Virus record (IMG/VR): IMGVR_UViG_3300040985_001197
Location: 1-24,517 of that record
Strand: one strand, 5' to 3'
Length of the DNA stretch: 24,517 nucleotides
DNA from: a virus
Taxonomy: Duplodnaviria > Caudoviricetes
The first letter of the stretch is position 1, and each line of letters begins with the position of its first letter. The notes beneath the pieces are model-generated. The model was not told the origin of the DNA. It searched no databases and worked only from the letters and a program-made list of their open reading frames with translations. Below are positions 1 to 8,081 of the stretch, one piece after another. A program made the translations under genes and the position numbers.

Positions 1-23
1 CCCTTACGCGCGGAGGCGCCCAG

Positions 24-431
24 ATGGCCAAAAGCAGCACCAGGATGGACGTTGAAAAGGACCACATGGTTGACGCCGAACGCGGGCGCCAACAGACCAT
101 GCCGCGCCTGTGGGAGCGCATCAGGCAGCGCTACGATCAGGACATCTCCGACATCGTGTCGGACGTCATGTCCACGGGCGGCGTATCGATCCACGACGTG
201 CTAGCGCTCGAGATGGCAGCCATGCTCGGCATGCAGAAGCTGATCGACGGCGGGCTGCTCGGCGACCGGGCTATGGAGTCAATCGTGTCGACGACGCTCC
301 AGAGCCGCAAGCACATGAGCCGGATCCTCCTGGCGATGGGCGAGGGCGTGAGCCTCAATGACATTGACGTGACGGTGCCGCCGAACCTGTTCGTCCTCCC
401 CCCAGCCGACACAGGCGATGAGCTCCAATGA
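24..431 (+). CDS. Putative terminase small subunit (135 aa)
   Basis: GGAGG at 12-16 before ATG. Helical-looking protein of TerS size upstream of TerL. The function is assigned from position only. Confidence 0.45.
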   Translation: MAKSSTRMDVEKDHMVDAERGRQQTMPRLWERIRQRYDQDISDIVSDVMSTGGVSIHDVLALEMAAMLGMQKLIDGGLLGDRAMESIVSTTLQSRKHMSRILLAMGEGVSLNDIDVTVPPNLFVLPPADTGDELQ

Positions 432-559
432 GCGCCGAGCGCGCGTGGCTACTGGCGGCTGCGTTGTTTATCATCGCGGGGCTGTCGAGCGTCGCGGGGC
501 TGGTTGACCGGGCAGCGCCGCCGGAGCCGTGCGAGTGCGTCTGTCAGTGCGGCCCCTAG
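428..559 (+). CDS. Small membrane protein (43 aa) with C-terminal CxCxCxC
   Basis: Hand translation MSAERAWLLAAALFIIAGLSSVAGLVDRAAPPEPCECVCQCGP*. ATGA overlap with the upstream stop, and TAG (557-559) directly abuts the TerL GTG at 560. Confidence 0.6.
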   Translation: MSAERAWLLAAALFIIAGLSSVAGLVDRAAPPEPCECVCQCGP

Positions 560-2002
560 GTGCGATGGGAAGACCTGCGCCGCCAGCTAGGCACCGGCCC
601 GCGTGGGGACCTCATGCGCTTCGTCAGCGCTGCCACCGGATACGTGCCGCTCGACCACCAGATCCGCGCCCACATGGCGCAGGCGCCGGGCGGGGCCACC
701 ACGCACAAGCTCTTTCTCGGCGGCATCGGCGCAGGGAAGACGAAGTGGGGCGCGATGGAAGACGTCATGTTAGCCGTCGCCAACCCAGGCGGCTGGGGCG
801 CGGTCATGGCGCCGAGCGTGGACCAGGTGGACCACGTGCTGTTGCCTGAGTTCATCCAGGCGGTGGAGGCGATGGCGGCTGCCGGCTTCCCAATCATGCG
901 GCGCTATCACCTGTCCAAGAGGATGGCCGAGCTCGTGTGTGGTGGCAGGGTCCTGTTCCGCTCGTTCCGCCACGCTGACAGCATCCGCGGGTTCAACCTC
1001 GCATGGGGCCACCTCGACGAGTCAGAGGCGCACATGAACCCCGGCTATGCGTTTGACGTGGTGGCCGGCCGGCTGCGGCAGCAGAACATGGGCGCCCGGC
1101 AGCTGCACATCACCACCACCCCCCGGGGGATCAGGGGCTGCGTTGCTCGGTTCCTCGAGCAGCGAAACCTTGCAGACTCGCTATCAGGCCAAGAGCGCGA
1201 GGACCGGCTGCGCTCATGGTGGGTGGGGCGCGCGCCGACGATGGCCAATACACATCTGCCGGACGGCTACGTGGAGAGCCTGCGCGCGGGCTACTCCAAA
1301 CGCCAGTGGGAGCAGGAGGTTGAGGCCAAGCTGTTGAAGCCTGAGACGGGCGTTTACCCCGAGTTCAGCAGGGAGCGCCATGTGCGTGCGTGGGTCTACG
1401 ACCCGGCGCTACCCTACGACATCGCGATCGACTGGGGCCGCCTGCCACACGTGCTGTTCCTGCAAAGCGTCGGGGGCGAAACCATCATCTTTGACGAGTT
1501 CTGCGACGACGGGATCCCAAGGGATCATCTGCGCGAATTCATCCGCCGGGCCATCAGCATCCTGGGCAAGCCGCCTGCCCACTGCACAGCGGACCGGGCG
1601 AACAAGAGCGAAAACAGCTGGTTCATGGGCGAGCATCCAGCGACCTGGACGCACTGGATGAAGACGCGCACCGAGCAGGATGTGCGAACGGGCATCGAGG
1701 TGGTCCGCACCATGCTCGACCCGGTGGACGGCTCACCGAAGCTGCACGTCGCCGAGCGCCTAGCGCGCAACCCGCCCGCTAGGGGCATCGTCAAATGCCT
1801 CGAGGGCTACCGCTACAAGCAGCGGGCCACGGGCGAGCTGAGCGACGAGCCGTACAAGGACAACAAGTATGACCACGGCTGCGATGCCTTGCGCTACCAC
1901 TGCGTGGCCAGGGGCGAGGCCGCCAGGATCTCGGCAGTCGTGGGCCGCACCCATGCGTCGAGCGCCGCTGATGCGTGGGGCAGGCGCAAGCGGCGGGCCT
2001 AG
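560..2002 (+). CDS. terL: Terminase large subunit (480 aa)
   Basis: Walker A GGIGAGKT, Walker B GHLDESE, coupling motif TTTPRG, RNase H-like nuclease motifs IAIDWG and DHGCDALRY. Confidence 0.96.
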   Translation: MRWEDLRRQLGTGPRGDLMRFVSAATGYVPLDHQIRAHMAQAPGGATTHKLFLGGIGAGKTKWGAMEDVMLAVANPGGWGAVMAPSVDQVDHVLLPEFIQAVEAMAAAGFPIMRRYHLSKRMAELVCGGRVLFRSFRHADSIRGFNLAWGHLDESEAHMNPGYAFDVVAGRLRQQNMGARQLHITTTPRGIRGCVARFLEQRNLADSLSGQEREDRLRSWWVGRAPTMANTHLPDGYVESLRAGYSKRQWEQEVEAKLLKPETGVYPEFSRERHVRAWVYDPALPYDIAIDWGRLPHVLFLQSVGGETIIFDEFCDDGIPRDHLREFIRRAISILGKPPAHCTADRANKSENSWFMGEHPATWTHWMKTRTEQDVRTGIEVVRTMLDPVDGSPKLHVAERLARNPPARGIVKCLEGYRYKQRATGELSDEPYKDNKYDHGCDALRYHCVARGEAARISAVVGRTHASSAADAWGRRKRRA

Positions 2003-2012
2003 CGCTCGTCCC

Positions 2013-2040
2013 TTGACCTGATCCTAACGTCCGTTAGAAT
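2013..2040 (+). promoter_or_regulatory. Sigma70-type promoter upstream of portal, overlapped by a palindromic operator-like site
   Basis: TTGACC (2013-2018), 16 nt spacer, TAGAAT (2035-2040) in an 81-nt intergenic gap. Inverted repeat ATcCTAACG-TC-CGTTAGaAT (2021-2040). GGAGG at 2072-2076. Confidence 0.62.
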
Positions 2041-2083
2041 ACGCGCGCCGACCCGGCGTGCGGGCTGGCGTGGAGGCTGTCCC

Positions 2084-3514
2084 GTGCCGATCCTGACCAA
2101 GCCCGCTGCCCTGTCCACTGGCTATGAGATGGACGAAAACCGGCCGGGCGGCGCCGAGTGGCGCGAGCGGTCGAAGATCCTCTACCGCTACCTCGTGCGG
2201 GATATGCAGGACGCACGCGACCAGCGCGCAGCGCTGTACCCGAAGACACACAGCAGCCACGTGCTGCGGCCGGTGCCGCTTGTGTACCGGCTCGCTGTCG
2301 AGCTCGCGAGCCTGTATCGCAGGCCACCGGCTCGGCGCTGGGTGGACCCGACCACGGGTGAGCCGCTCGACGAGGAGATATCGCGCCGGATCTCGCGTCT
2401 GTACGAAGGCGCTCGAGTTGACCGGGCCATGCTGCACGCTCAGCGCATGGCCGTGGCGACCGGCAACGCACCGATCATGGTCTGGCCGATGCAGGCCAAC
2501 GAAGTGCGCGGCGTTCGGCTGCTCGTGCTGCCGCCGCATCTGTGTGAGGTTCACCTCACCGATGCGCTGAGCGACGACGAGAAAGACGTGGCGGCCATGT
2601 GGGCGCGCATGCCGACGGATCGGGACGGGGCCACCGGGCGCGTGCTCTACGCCATCGCGACCATGACGCCTGAGACGGGCACATGGGACGCGAGCCAGGG
2701 TGACGGAGACCCCGCCGGGCTGTGGCATGAGGCGGGCATCAACCCGATCGGCAAGATCCCACTGGTGATGGTCCGGCGCAGCACGCCCGGCGTGGGCGAG
2801 TTCTGGGCGAGCGTTCCAGAGGACGTGCTAGCCAGCCAGCGCGCGGCGATCCATGACCTCACAGACATTGGCCAGTTCGCTCGGATGCAGGGCTACAGCC
2901 AGCCCGTAATGAAGGGCGGCGCACCGCAGGCCCAGATGGAGCTCGGGCCGGAGACCGCGGTACACGTTCCCGACGACGGCGATTTCAAGTATGCGAGCCC
3001 GTCACCAGACCTCGATGGCAACCAGCGGCAGATCGAGCGCTACCTTGAGATCGTGGTCGCACTCAACGGCGGCACGCCTGATAGCGTGATGCGGTCGAAG
3101 GGCATCACTGCACTGGCCAAGATGGTCGAGCGCGCCGACCGCGAGCAGGAGCGCCAGGACTGGATCGAGGAGTTCAAGCGCGCTGAGCAGCGCACCTATG
3201 GGCTCATCCGCCGCTGGGTCAACTGGCAGCGTGGCGCTGAGGTGCTGCCGCCTGCGCGCGTGGAGATCGAGTACCGCGACGCATGGCTGCCGGCTGACCC
3301 GCTGCACCAGGCCCAGGCGCGTGATCTTGCCTACGCGCATGGCACCAGCAGCCCGGTACGCGATGTGGCGCGTGAGCAAGGGCTGACGCATGAGGAGGCC
3401 ACCGCCTACGTCGAGGGCAACCGGGCCGAGGTCACAGCGGCCAACGTGGGCAGGCATGCGCCGCCTGCCAACGTCGATGAGCAGGGCGGCGGCACGCAGC
3501 TGGGTGGCGGCTGA
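2084..3514 (+). CDS. Portal protein (476 aa, SPP1 gp6-like)
   Basis: Follows TerL and has portal size. Segments NPIGKIPLV, GDFKYASP and GITAL..M resemble SPP1-type portals. SD plus GTG start. Confidence 0.86.
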   Translation: MPILTKPAALSTGYEMDENRPGGAEWRERSKILYRYLVRDMQDARDQRAALYPKTHSSHVLRPVPLVYRLAVELASLYRRPPARRWVDPTTGEPLDEEISRRISRLYEGARVDRAMLHAQRMAVATGNAPIMVWPMQANEVRGVRLLVLPPHLCEVHLTDALSDDEKDVAAMWARMPTDRDGATGRVLYAIATMTPETGTWDASQGDGDPAGLWHEAGINPIGKIPLVMVRRSTPGVGEFWASVPEDVLASQRAAIHDLTDIGQFARMQGYSQPVMKGGAPQAQMELGPETAVHVPDDGDFKYASPSPDLDGNQRQIERYLEIVVALNGGTPDSVMRSKGITALAKMVERADREQERQDWIEEFKRAEQRTYGLIRRWVNWQRGAEVLPPARVEIEYRDAWLPADPLHQAQARDLAYAHGTSSPVRDVAREQGLTHEEATAYVEGNRAEVTAANVGRHAPPANVDEQGGGTQLGGG

Positions 3515-4209
3515 TGCTGATGCCGGCCCTGACCATCGAGGTCAAAGACAACCGGACGCTGGTCCGCCGGACCAAGGCGCTTGCGGCGCCGCTGCTGGGC
3601 GTGGCGGCCATCCTCGCGGGCGAGGCGCGTGAGCGGATCGCCACCAAGCAGACGATGGCGAGCGGGCAGCCGATGCCTCGCTACAGCAAATTCGCCAAGT
3701 ACCTGCGGGAGCGCGAGGCCACGGGCTCACCTATCCGGCGCAGCCGCAGGCCAGCCAAAGAGCGCTGGGATCTGAGCCGGCGTGGGCAGATGTGGCGCAG
3801 CCTGAAGCTGCGGCTTCAGTCGCCGGTCAAGGCAACCGCCGGTTTCTACGGCGGCGTGCGCGGCGTCACTGTGGCCGAGCACAAGGTCAACGCCTACGCA
3901 AAGGCCGAGGGGATCGGCAAGGCTGAGGCCAAGGCGCGGCTGGCCAACATGGGCGCGCTACCCAAGCGGGCTATCAAGAACGCGGACTTGGCGCGGATCC
4001 ACAACAGCAAGCTGCCGGGCGATGCGAACCACATCCTAGCCAACACCACCGTCACGCTCCGCGAGGCTGAGCGGCTGGTACTGGCAGGGCTCGAGCCGCA
4101 GGTGTTCGCGATGCTGGGCGTTGCAGACACCGAGCACAGAGCGAGGCGCAAGGCCGCGGCGGCTGAGCGCAAGGCAAAGAAACACCAGCGCGAGATGCGC
4201 GGGAGGTAG
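3514..4209 (+). CDS. Virion morphogenesis / neck protein (Mu gpG-like, basic, 231 aa)
   Basis: Pattern GQPMPRYS...WDLSRRGQMWRSL...AGF...ARIHN resembles the phage virion morphogenesis family. TGATG coupling to portal. Confidence 0.55.
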   Translation: MLMPALTIEVKDNRTLVRRTKALAAPLLGVAAILAGEARERIATKQTMASGQPMPRYSKFAKYLREREATGSPIRRSRRPAKERWDLSRRGQMWRSLKLRLQSPVKATAGFYGGVRGVTVAEHKVNAYAKAEGIGKAEAKARLANMGALPKRAIKNADLARIHNSKLPGDANHILANTTVTLREAERLVLAGLEPQVFAMLGVADTEHRARRKAAAAERKAKKHQREMRGR

Positions 4210-4210
4210 C

Positions 4211-4507
4211 ATGGCGTCCAAGGCAAAGGCAAAGACGAAGCTGGCCGAGATCGGGCAGGGCAAGGTCAAGCGCAAGCTGGACCGGCAGAGCGCAGCGCTG
4301 CCGACCCCGGACGACGAGTACGGGCAGATCGTCTACTCGACGTGGACCGACATCGATACTGCGGCCAAGATGTGCGCGGACTGGGGCATGCGCACCCAGA
4401 GCGTCAATGGTGACAAGGTTCACTGCGTGGCGAACGCGGCAGCCTACGCCGCTCGGCGCGAGGCGCTCGGCATCGCGCCCTCGCCTGGCGTCAAGGTGCT
4501 CGACTGA
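4211..4507 (+). CDS. Hypothetical protein (98 aa, MASKAKAK...)
   Basis: GGAGG just upstream of ATG 4211, and the gene fills the gap exactly. The ORF-track start at 4121 overlaps the previous gene and is unlikely. Confidence 0.7.
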   Translation: MASKAKAKTKLAEIGQGKVKRKLDRQSAALPTPDDEYGQIVYSTWTDIDTAAKMCADWGMRTQSVNGDKVHCVANAAAYAARREALGIAPSPGVKVLD

Positions 4508-5184
4508 TGGCCGGGGTAGCGGGAGCGCCCCTGTCAGATGCCGAGGTGGCGGCAGCCAAGGCAAAGGCTGACGCAGCCAATGCTGAGGCTGAGGCCAAGC
4601 GCATTGCCGAGGCTGCGGCTAAGGCTGTGGCCGATGCCAAGGCAAAGGCCGACGCCGAGGCTGCCGCAGCGGCGCAGGCTGCTGAGGCTGAAGCGGCAGC
4701 CAAGGCGGAGGCTGAGGCCAAGGCCAAGGCATTGAAGGATGGTGGCGCGGCGGCTGCGCTCGAGGCTGCCAACGAGGCGCGCGCGGCGGCTGAGGTCATG
4801 CGCGAGGAGAGCAAGGCCGAGCTCGAGCAGATCAAGGCGCGCGGCGCCGAGCTCGACAGCTACCTGAGCCAGCAGCGCAACCTCGCGCGCGTGGCGTACC
4901 TGCGGCAGATCGGGGCCAGCACGATCCTGAGTGATGCTGACCTGCTGACGCTGGCGCCCAACGTCGATGTGAGCACGATCGCCGGGCGTACCCAGATCGA
5001 CGCATGGCGCGAGGCCAACCTGAGCAAGTTCAGCGTGGTCAAGGCGCAGCCCATGCCGACGCTGGAGCAGCTCCGGCACAAGCAGGGCGACGGCCCGGTA
5101 CACCCGGGCGCTACGGCTGACAAGATCCACGCGGCGCTAGCCGCCAACCTCCGCGGTGGCGGCAAGGGGCTGTTCGATGGCTAA
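4507..5184 (+). CDS. Putative capsid scaffolding protein (225 aa)
   Basis: Ala/Glu/Lys low-complexity coiled-coil N-terminal half (AKAKADA, AEAEAKA repeats), located between portal and capsid. Confidence 0.62.
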   Translation: MAGVAGAPLSDAEVAAAKAKADAANAEAEAKRIAEAAAKAVADAKAKADAEAAAAAQAAEAEAAAKAEAEAKAKALKDGGAAAALEAANEARAAAEVMREESKAELEQIKARGAELDSYLSQQRNLARVAYLRQIGASTILSDADLLTLAPNVDVSTIAGRTQIDAWREANLSKFSVVKAQPMPTLEQLRHKQGDGPVHPGATADKIHAALAANLRGGGKGLFDG

Positions 5185-5746
5185 GGGCAAGACCGAGACC
5201 GAGGCCATGCCGAGCATCACGCCAGCGCCAGCGCCGGGCGAGTTCGCCACCGCTGACGGCGTGCGCTGGGATCCTGCGGCGGCTGCCGCGCGCCAGCGCG
5301 AGCGCATGAGCGCTATTGAGTTGGTGACGGCTGCTGAGGACCGGCTGCACATCGGCAAGTGGTACGGCGAGCCGTTCAGGCGCTACCCGGAGATGAACGC
5401 CTGGCACTTCTTCCGCTGCGGGCTGCGCCATGACGACGGCGCCCAGGCCCATGCCTGGAACCTGCGCCAGATGGGCTGGGAGGAGGCGCCGCGCGAGGTG
5501 CGCTGCCGCGGCTTCGAAGGCGATGGCGAGCAGATGCTGGTGATGTACGCGATCCCGGAGGTGTTCGCGCGCACCCATGAGGCCAAGGCCAGGCGCCAGA
5601 AGGGCGCCCAGAGCGCGCGCAAGGGCAACTGGGACAAGAGCCTATCCGAGCTCGCCGACATCACGGGCTATCAGCCAGAGGTGCGTGGTGGCGAGGGCGA
5701 GGGCACGCTTGATGACTACGCCGAGGCTCAGCGCCGGGCACGGTAG
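5177..5746 (+). CDS. Hypothetical head-module protein (189 aa)
   Basis: ATG 5177 overlaps the scaffold end. Pattern FFR...GWEE...LVMYAIPE..R recalls uncharacterised proteins found between scaffold and capsid genes in environmental phages (recollection, not searched). Confidence 0.65.
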   Translation: MAKGKTETEAMPSITPAPAPGEFATADGVRWDPAAAAARQRERMSAIELVTAAEDRLHIGKWYGEPFRRYPEMNAWHFFRCGLRHDDGAQAHAWNLRQMGWEEAPREVRCRGFEGDGEQMLVMYAIPEVFARTHEAKARRQKGAQSARKGNWDKSLSELADITGYQPEVRGGEGEGTLDDYAEAQRRAR

Positions 5747-5753
5747 CCGTCTG

Positions 5754-5800
5754 CCAGCGGCTCGGCGTGGCCCGATATAAGGGCCGCGCCGGGCTGCTGG
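5754..5800 (+). other. 20-bp stem-loop upstream of the major capsid gene
   Basis: CCAGCGGCTCGGCGTGGCCC-GATATAA-GGGCCGCGCCGGGCTGCTGG has 17 Watson-Crick pairs and 3 G-U pairs on the + strand. No U-tract follows. Confidence 0.75.
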
Positions 5801-5838
5801 GTTCGCGCCTATCATAAGCGCGCAACCGAACGAGGTGA
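5776..5838 (+). promoter_or_regulatory. Putative late promoter/leader element, copy 1
   Basis: TATAAGGGCCGCGCC (5776-5790), TATCAT (5810-5815), GCGCAAC (5820-5826) and GAGGTGA (5832-5838), with the same offsets as the copy at 17551. Confidence 0.7.
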
Positions 5839-5841
5839 TCC

Positions 5842-6750
5842 GTGGCTCTGAGTACATCGAACGTCAAAGCAATTGCTGTTGAGCGCTACTTTGAGGGTAT
5901 CGCCAACGTCAACCCGGCATGGCGCAGCGTGTTCAACGTGATCACCAAGGATGCTGCCGCTCTGCGGATCGCGGCCATGACTGGCGTTGCCAGTCCTCCG
6001 ACGTGGGACGGCGTGGCCGACCTCACCGACGTGGCGATCGATGCGCCGGGCTCCAGCAATGGCACCAGCCTGAGCTATCAGGCGTACGCCACCAGCGTCG
6101 CGATCGGCAAGTACGACATCAAGGACCTGCCGGACATCATCGCGATGGCCGCGCGCAAGCTGGGCATGAGCGTCGAGAGCAAGCGCGCCGAGCTGGCGTG
6201 GACCCTGGTCGCCGCCATCAACGCGGGCACCACATCCATCACCGACCCTGCCGGCGGCGCCAAGGACTTCATCGCCACCGACCACAGCACGGCCGGCGCG
6301 ACACGCTCCAACCTCGTGACCACCGCGCTTGACCGCTCGGCGTTCCTGACGGCCATCCAGGCCGCTCGCGAGTGGCTCAACTACCAGGACCAGATCACCG
6401 ACTGGGCGCAGATGCCGAAGTATCTGCTGGTGCCCGCGGAGCTCGAGGCCACCGCCCACCAGATCGTCGGCAGCCAGCACACGAGCAGCAACCTCCAGCT
6501 CAACACCGCGGGCATGTACAACACCACGGTCGTCGTGGCTCCGTACCTGACCGACGCCACCGACTGGGCCATTTCGGTTGACCCGGCCAGCGGATTCGCC
6601 GCTCCGCTCAACTACTGGCAGCGCAGCGAGCCTGAGTTCCGCGTCATCGTGGACCAGGACAACCTCAAGGTCCGGCTCCAGGTCGACTTTGCAGACGTCG
6701 CCGCCGTGGCTCCGCTGCCCGACGGCTACTACGGCGCCACGGTCGCGTAG
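5842..6750 (+). CDS. Major capsid protein, Mu gpT-like (302 aa)
   Basis: Motifs FIATDH, PKYLLVPAELEATAHQI and PYLTDATDW are typical of the Mu-like major head subunit. Strong SD, strongly C-ending codons, expected position. Confidence 0.88.
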   Translation: MALSTSNVKAIAVERYFEGIANVNPAWRSVFNVITKDAAALRIAAMTGVASPPTWDGVADLTDVAIDAPGSSNGTSLSYQAYATSVAIGKYDIKDLPDIIAMAARKLGMSVESKRAELAWTLVAAINAGTTSITDPAGGAKDFIATDHSTAGATRSNLVTTALDRSAFLTAIQAAREWLNYQDQITDWAQMPKYLLVPAELEATAHQIVGSQHTSSNLQLNTAGMYNTTVVVAPYLTDATDWAISVDPASGFAAPLNYWQRSEPEFRVIVDQDNLKVRLQVDFADVAAVAPLPDGYYGATVA

Positions 6751-6761
6751 GGGTAGGACGT

Positions 6762-7658
6762 GTGGCGCTCGAATTCGTCAAAGACCGTGACAACCCCGTA
6801 GCCTTCTATGGGCGCACGCTGCCGGCTCGCCCGGCTAGCGCCACGGTCACGTTCTACGATTCGAGCGGCACGAGCCTGCTGACGCCCACGGTGACGCTGG
6901 CCTCTGTCGGCGCTGCCGGCTCGGCGTCTGTGTCGAGCGTGACGAATCAGCGCGTGTTCGTGGTCGACGACGCCACCGGCTTCGTTGCTGGTGAGCACGT
7001 CTGGCTTGACTGCGCAGACGGCTGGGGCGGCGCTGTGCGGCTCGATGAGGTGGCCTCGACCACCATCACGCTCGACGCTGCGCCCCCGGGCACGATCGAC
7101 ACGAGCGCGGTGGTCTACCCGCTCAAGCTGACCGCAATCATCACGGCGGCCAGCGTCGACACGGTAGGCAAGCACCACAGACTGGACTGGGTGGTGACGG
7201 ACACCGACGGCGCGCTCCATGAGTTCCGCCAGGTGGCCAGCGTGGTGCGGATGCAGTGGGCGGATCCTGTCACGGATGTAGACGCCAAGCGCTACGTGGC
7301 GGCCAACTTCACGGGATGGGCTGCGAGCAAAACGGCTGGATGGTTTCGCGACCTCGCCGAGCGGGCTACCGATCGCGTGCGCCAAGAGATCAGGGCCAAG
7401 GCTGATTACCCACACATGATGGGCGACCAGGACGCGTTCCGCGAGTGCGGCTACGTGGCGCTTCGCCTAGAGCTGGCTCACCTGTCGCTGGTGCCCGGTG
7501 GAGTCGATGCGAACGACTACGCCGATGTGCAGCGGCGCGAGCTCGGCAGGCAGATCGGCCTAGCGCTGGCGAACACGTGGGTAGACCGCGACGACGATGG
7601 GAAGGTTCAGGCGGACGAGGTGCGCGGCTACGGGTCGATCAGGCTGGTGCGCGCATGA
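6762..7658 (+). CDS. Putative head-tail adaptor with N-terminal beta-rich domains and C-terminal EF-hand-like loop (298 aa)
   Basis: Immediately after the capsid gene. The helical C-terminal part ends with DRDDDGKVQADE. Confidence 0.55.
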   Translation: MALEFVKDRDNPVAFYGRTLPARPASATVTFYDSSGTSLLTPTVTLASVGAAGSASVSSVTNQRVFVVDDATGFVAGEHVWLDCADGWGGAVRLDEVASTTITLDAAPPGTIDTSAVVYPLKLTAIITAASVDTVGKHHRLDWVVTDTDGALHEFRQVASVVRMQWADPVTDVDAKRYVAANFTGWAASKTAGWFRDLAERATDRVRQEIRAKADYPHMMGDQDAFRECGYVALRLELAHLSLVPGGVDANDYADVQRRELGRQIGLALANTWVDRDDDGKVQADEVRGYGSIRLVRA

Positions 7659-8080
7659 GAGCGTCGGCAGTCCGAGCCGCTGTGATCGCAGCCATCGAGG
7701 GGATCACCACGCTCGACAGCGATGTCGGTGGTGAATCGTTCGTCGAGGTCGACCAGATGGGGCCAGACGATCGGCTGCCCGAGCGCGGGTTCGCGGTGCA
7801 GCTCCAGGCCATCGCGCCGCCGAGCCTGATCACCCACGACAACCAGATGGCGCGCTACCTCGTGCGGGTGTTCTACGCTGACACGCCTGCGATTGAGGAT
7901 CGGATCTCGGACGATCTCGAGCGCATCATCCAGAAGCTCTACAACCTGCACGCGACCGCCAGCAGTGGCGACCTATACGCTGTGCAGATGGAGGAGGCGG
8001 CGGTGTCGCCGGCCGCCTTCGAGAATATGCTAGAGGTGGCCATCCCGGTGGGCATCACGTACCGGCTGACAGGAGTCTGA
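7655..8080 (+). CDS. Putative tail terminator / tail completion protein (141 aa)
   Basis: ATGA overlap at 7655. Acidic alpha/beta protein (MRASAVRAAVIAAIEGI...VGITYR) directly before the tail tube gene. Confidence 0.55.
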   Translation: MRASAVRAAVIAAIEGITTLDSDVGGESFVEVDQMGPDDRLPERGFAVQLQAIAPPSLITHDNQMARYLVRVFYADTPAIEDRISDDLERIIQKLYNLHATASSGDLYAVQMEEAAVSPAAFENMLEVAIPVGITYRLTGV

Positions 8081-8081
8081 C

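Noticed and set aside
4540-4800. Short tandem-like DNA repeats (gccaaggcaaaggc, gctgaggctga)
   Set aside because: They are explained by Ala/Glu/Lys protein repeats in the scaffold. There is no spacer structure, so this is not a CRISPR array or origin.
5776-5781. TATAAG as the -10 box itself
   Set aside because: It lacks the conserved final T and has no -35 at proper spacing in either copy. Better TAnnnT hexamers lie at +34 in both.
5754-5810. Intrinsic terminator call for the hairpin
   Set aside because: There is no U-tract on either strand, so it is reported only as a stem-loop.
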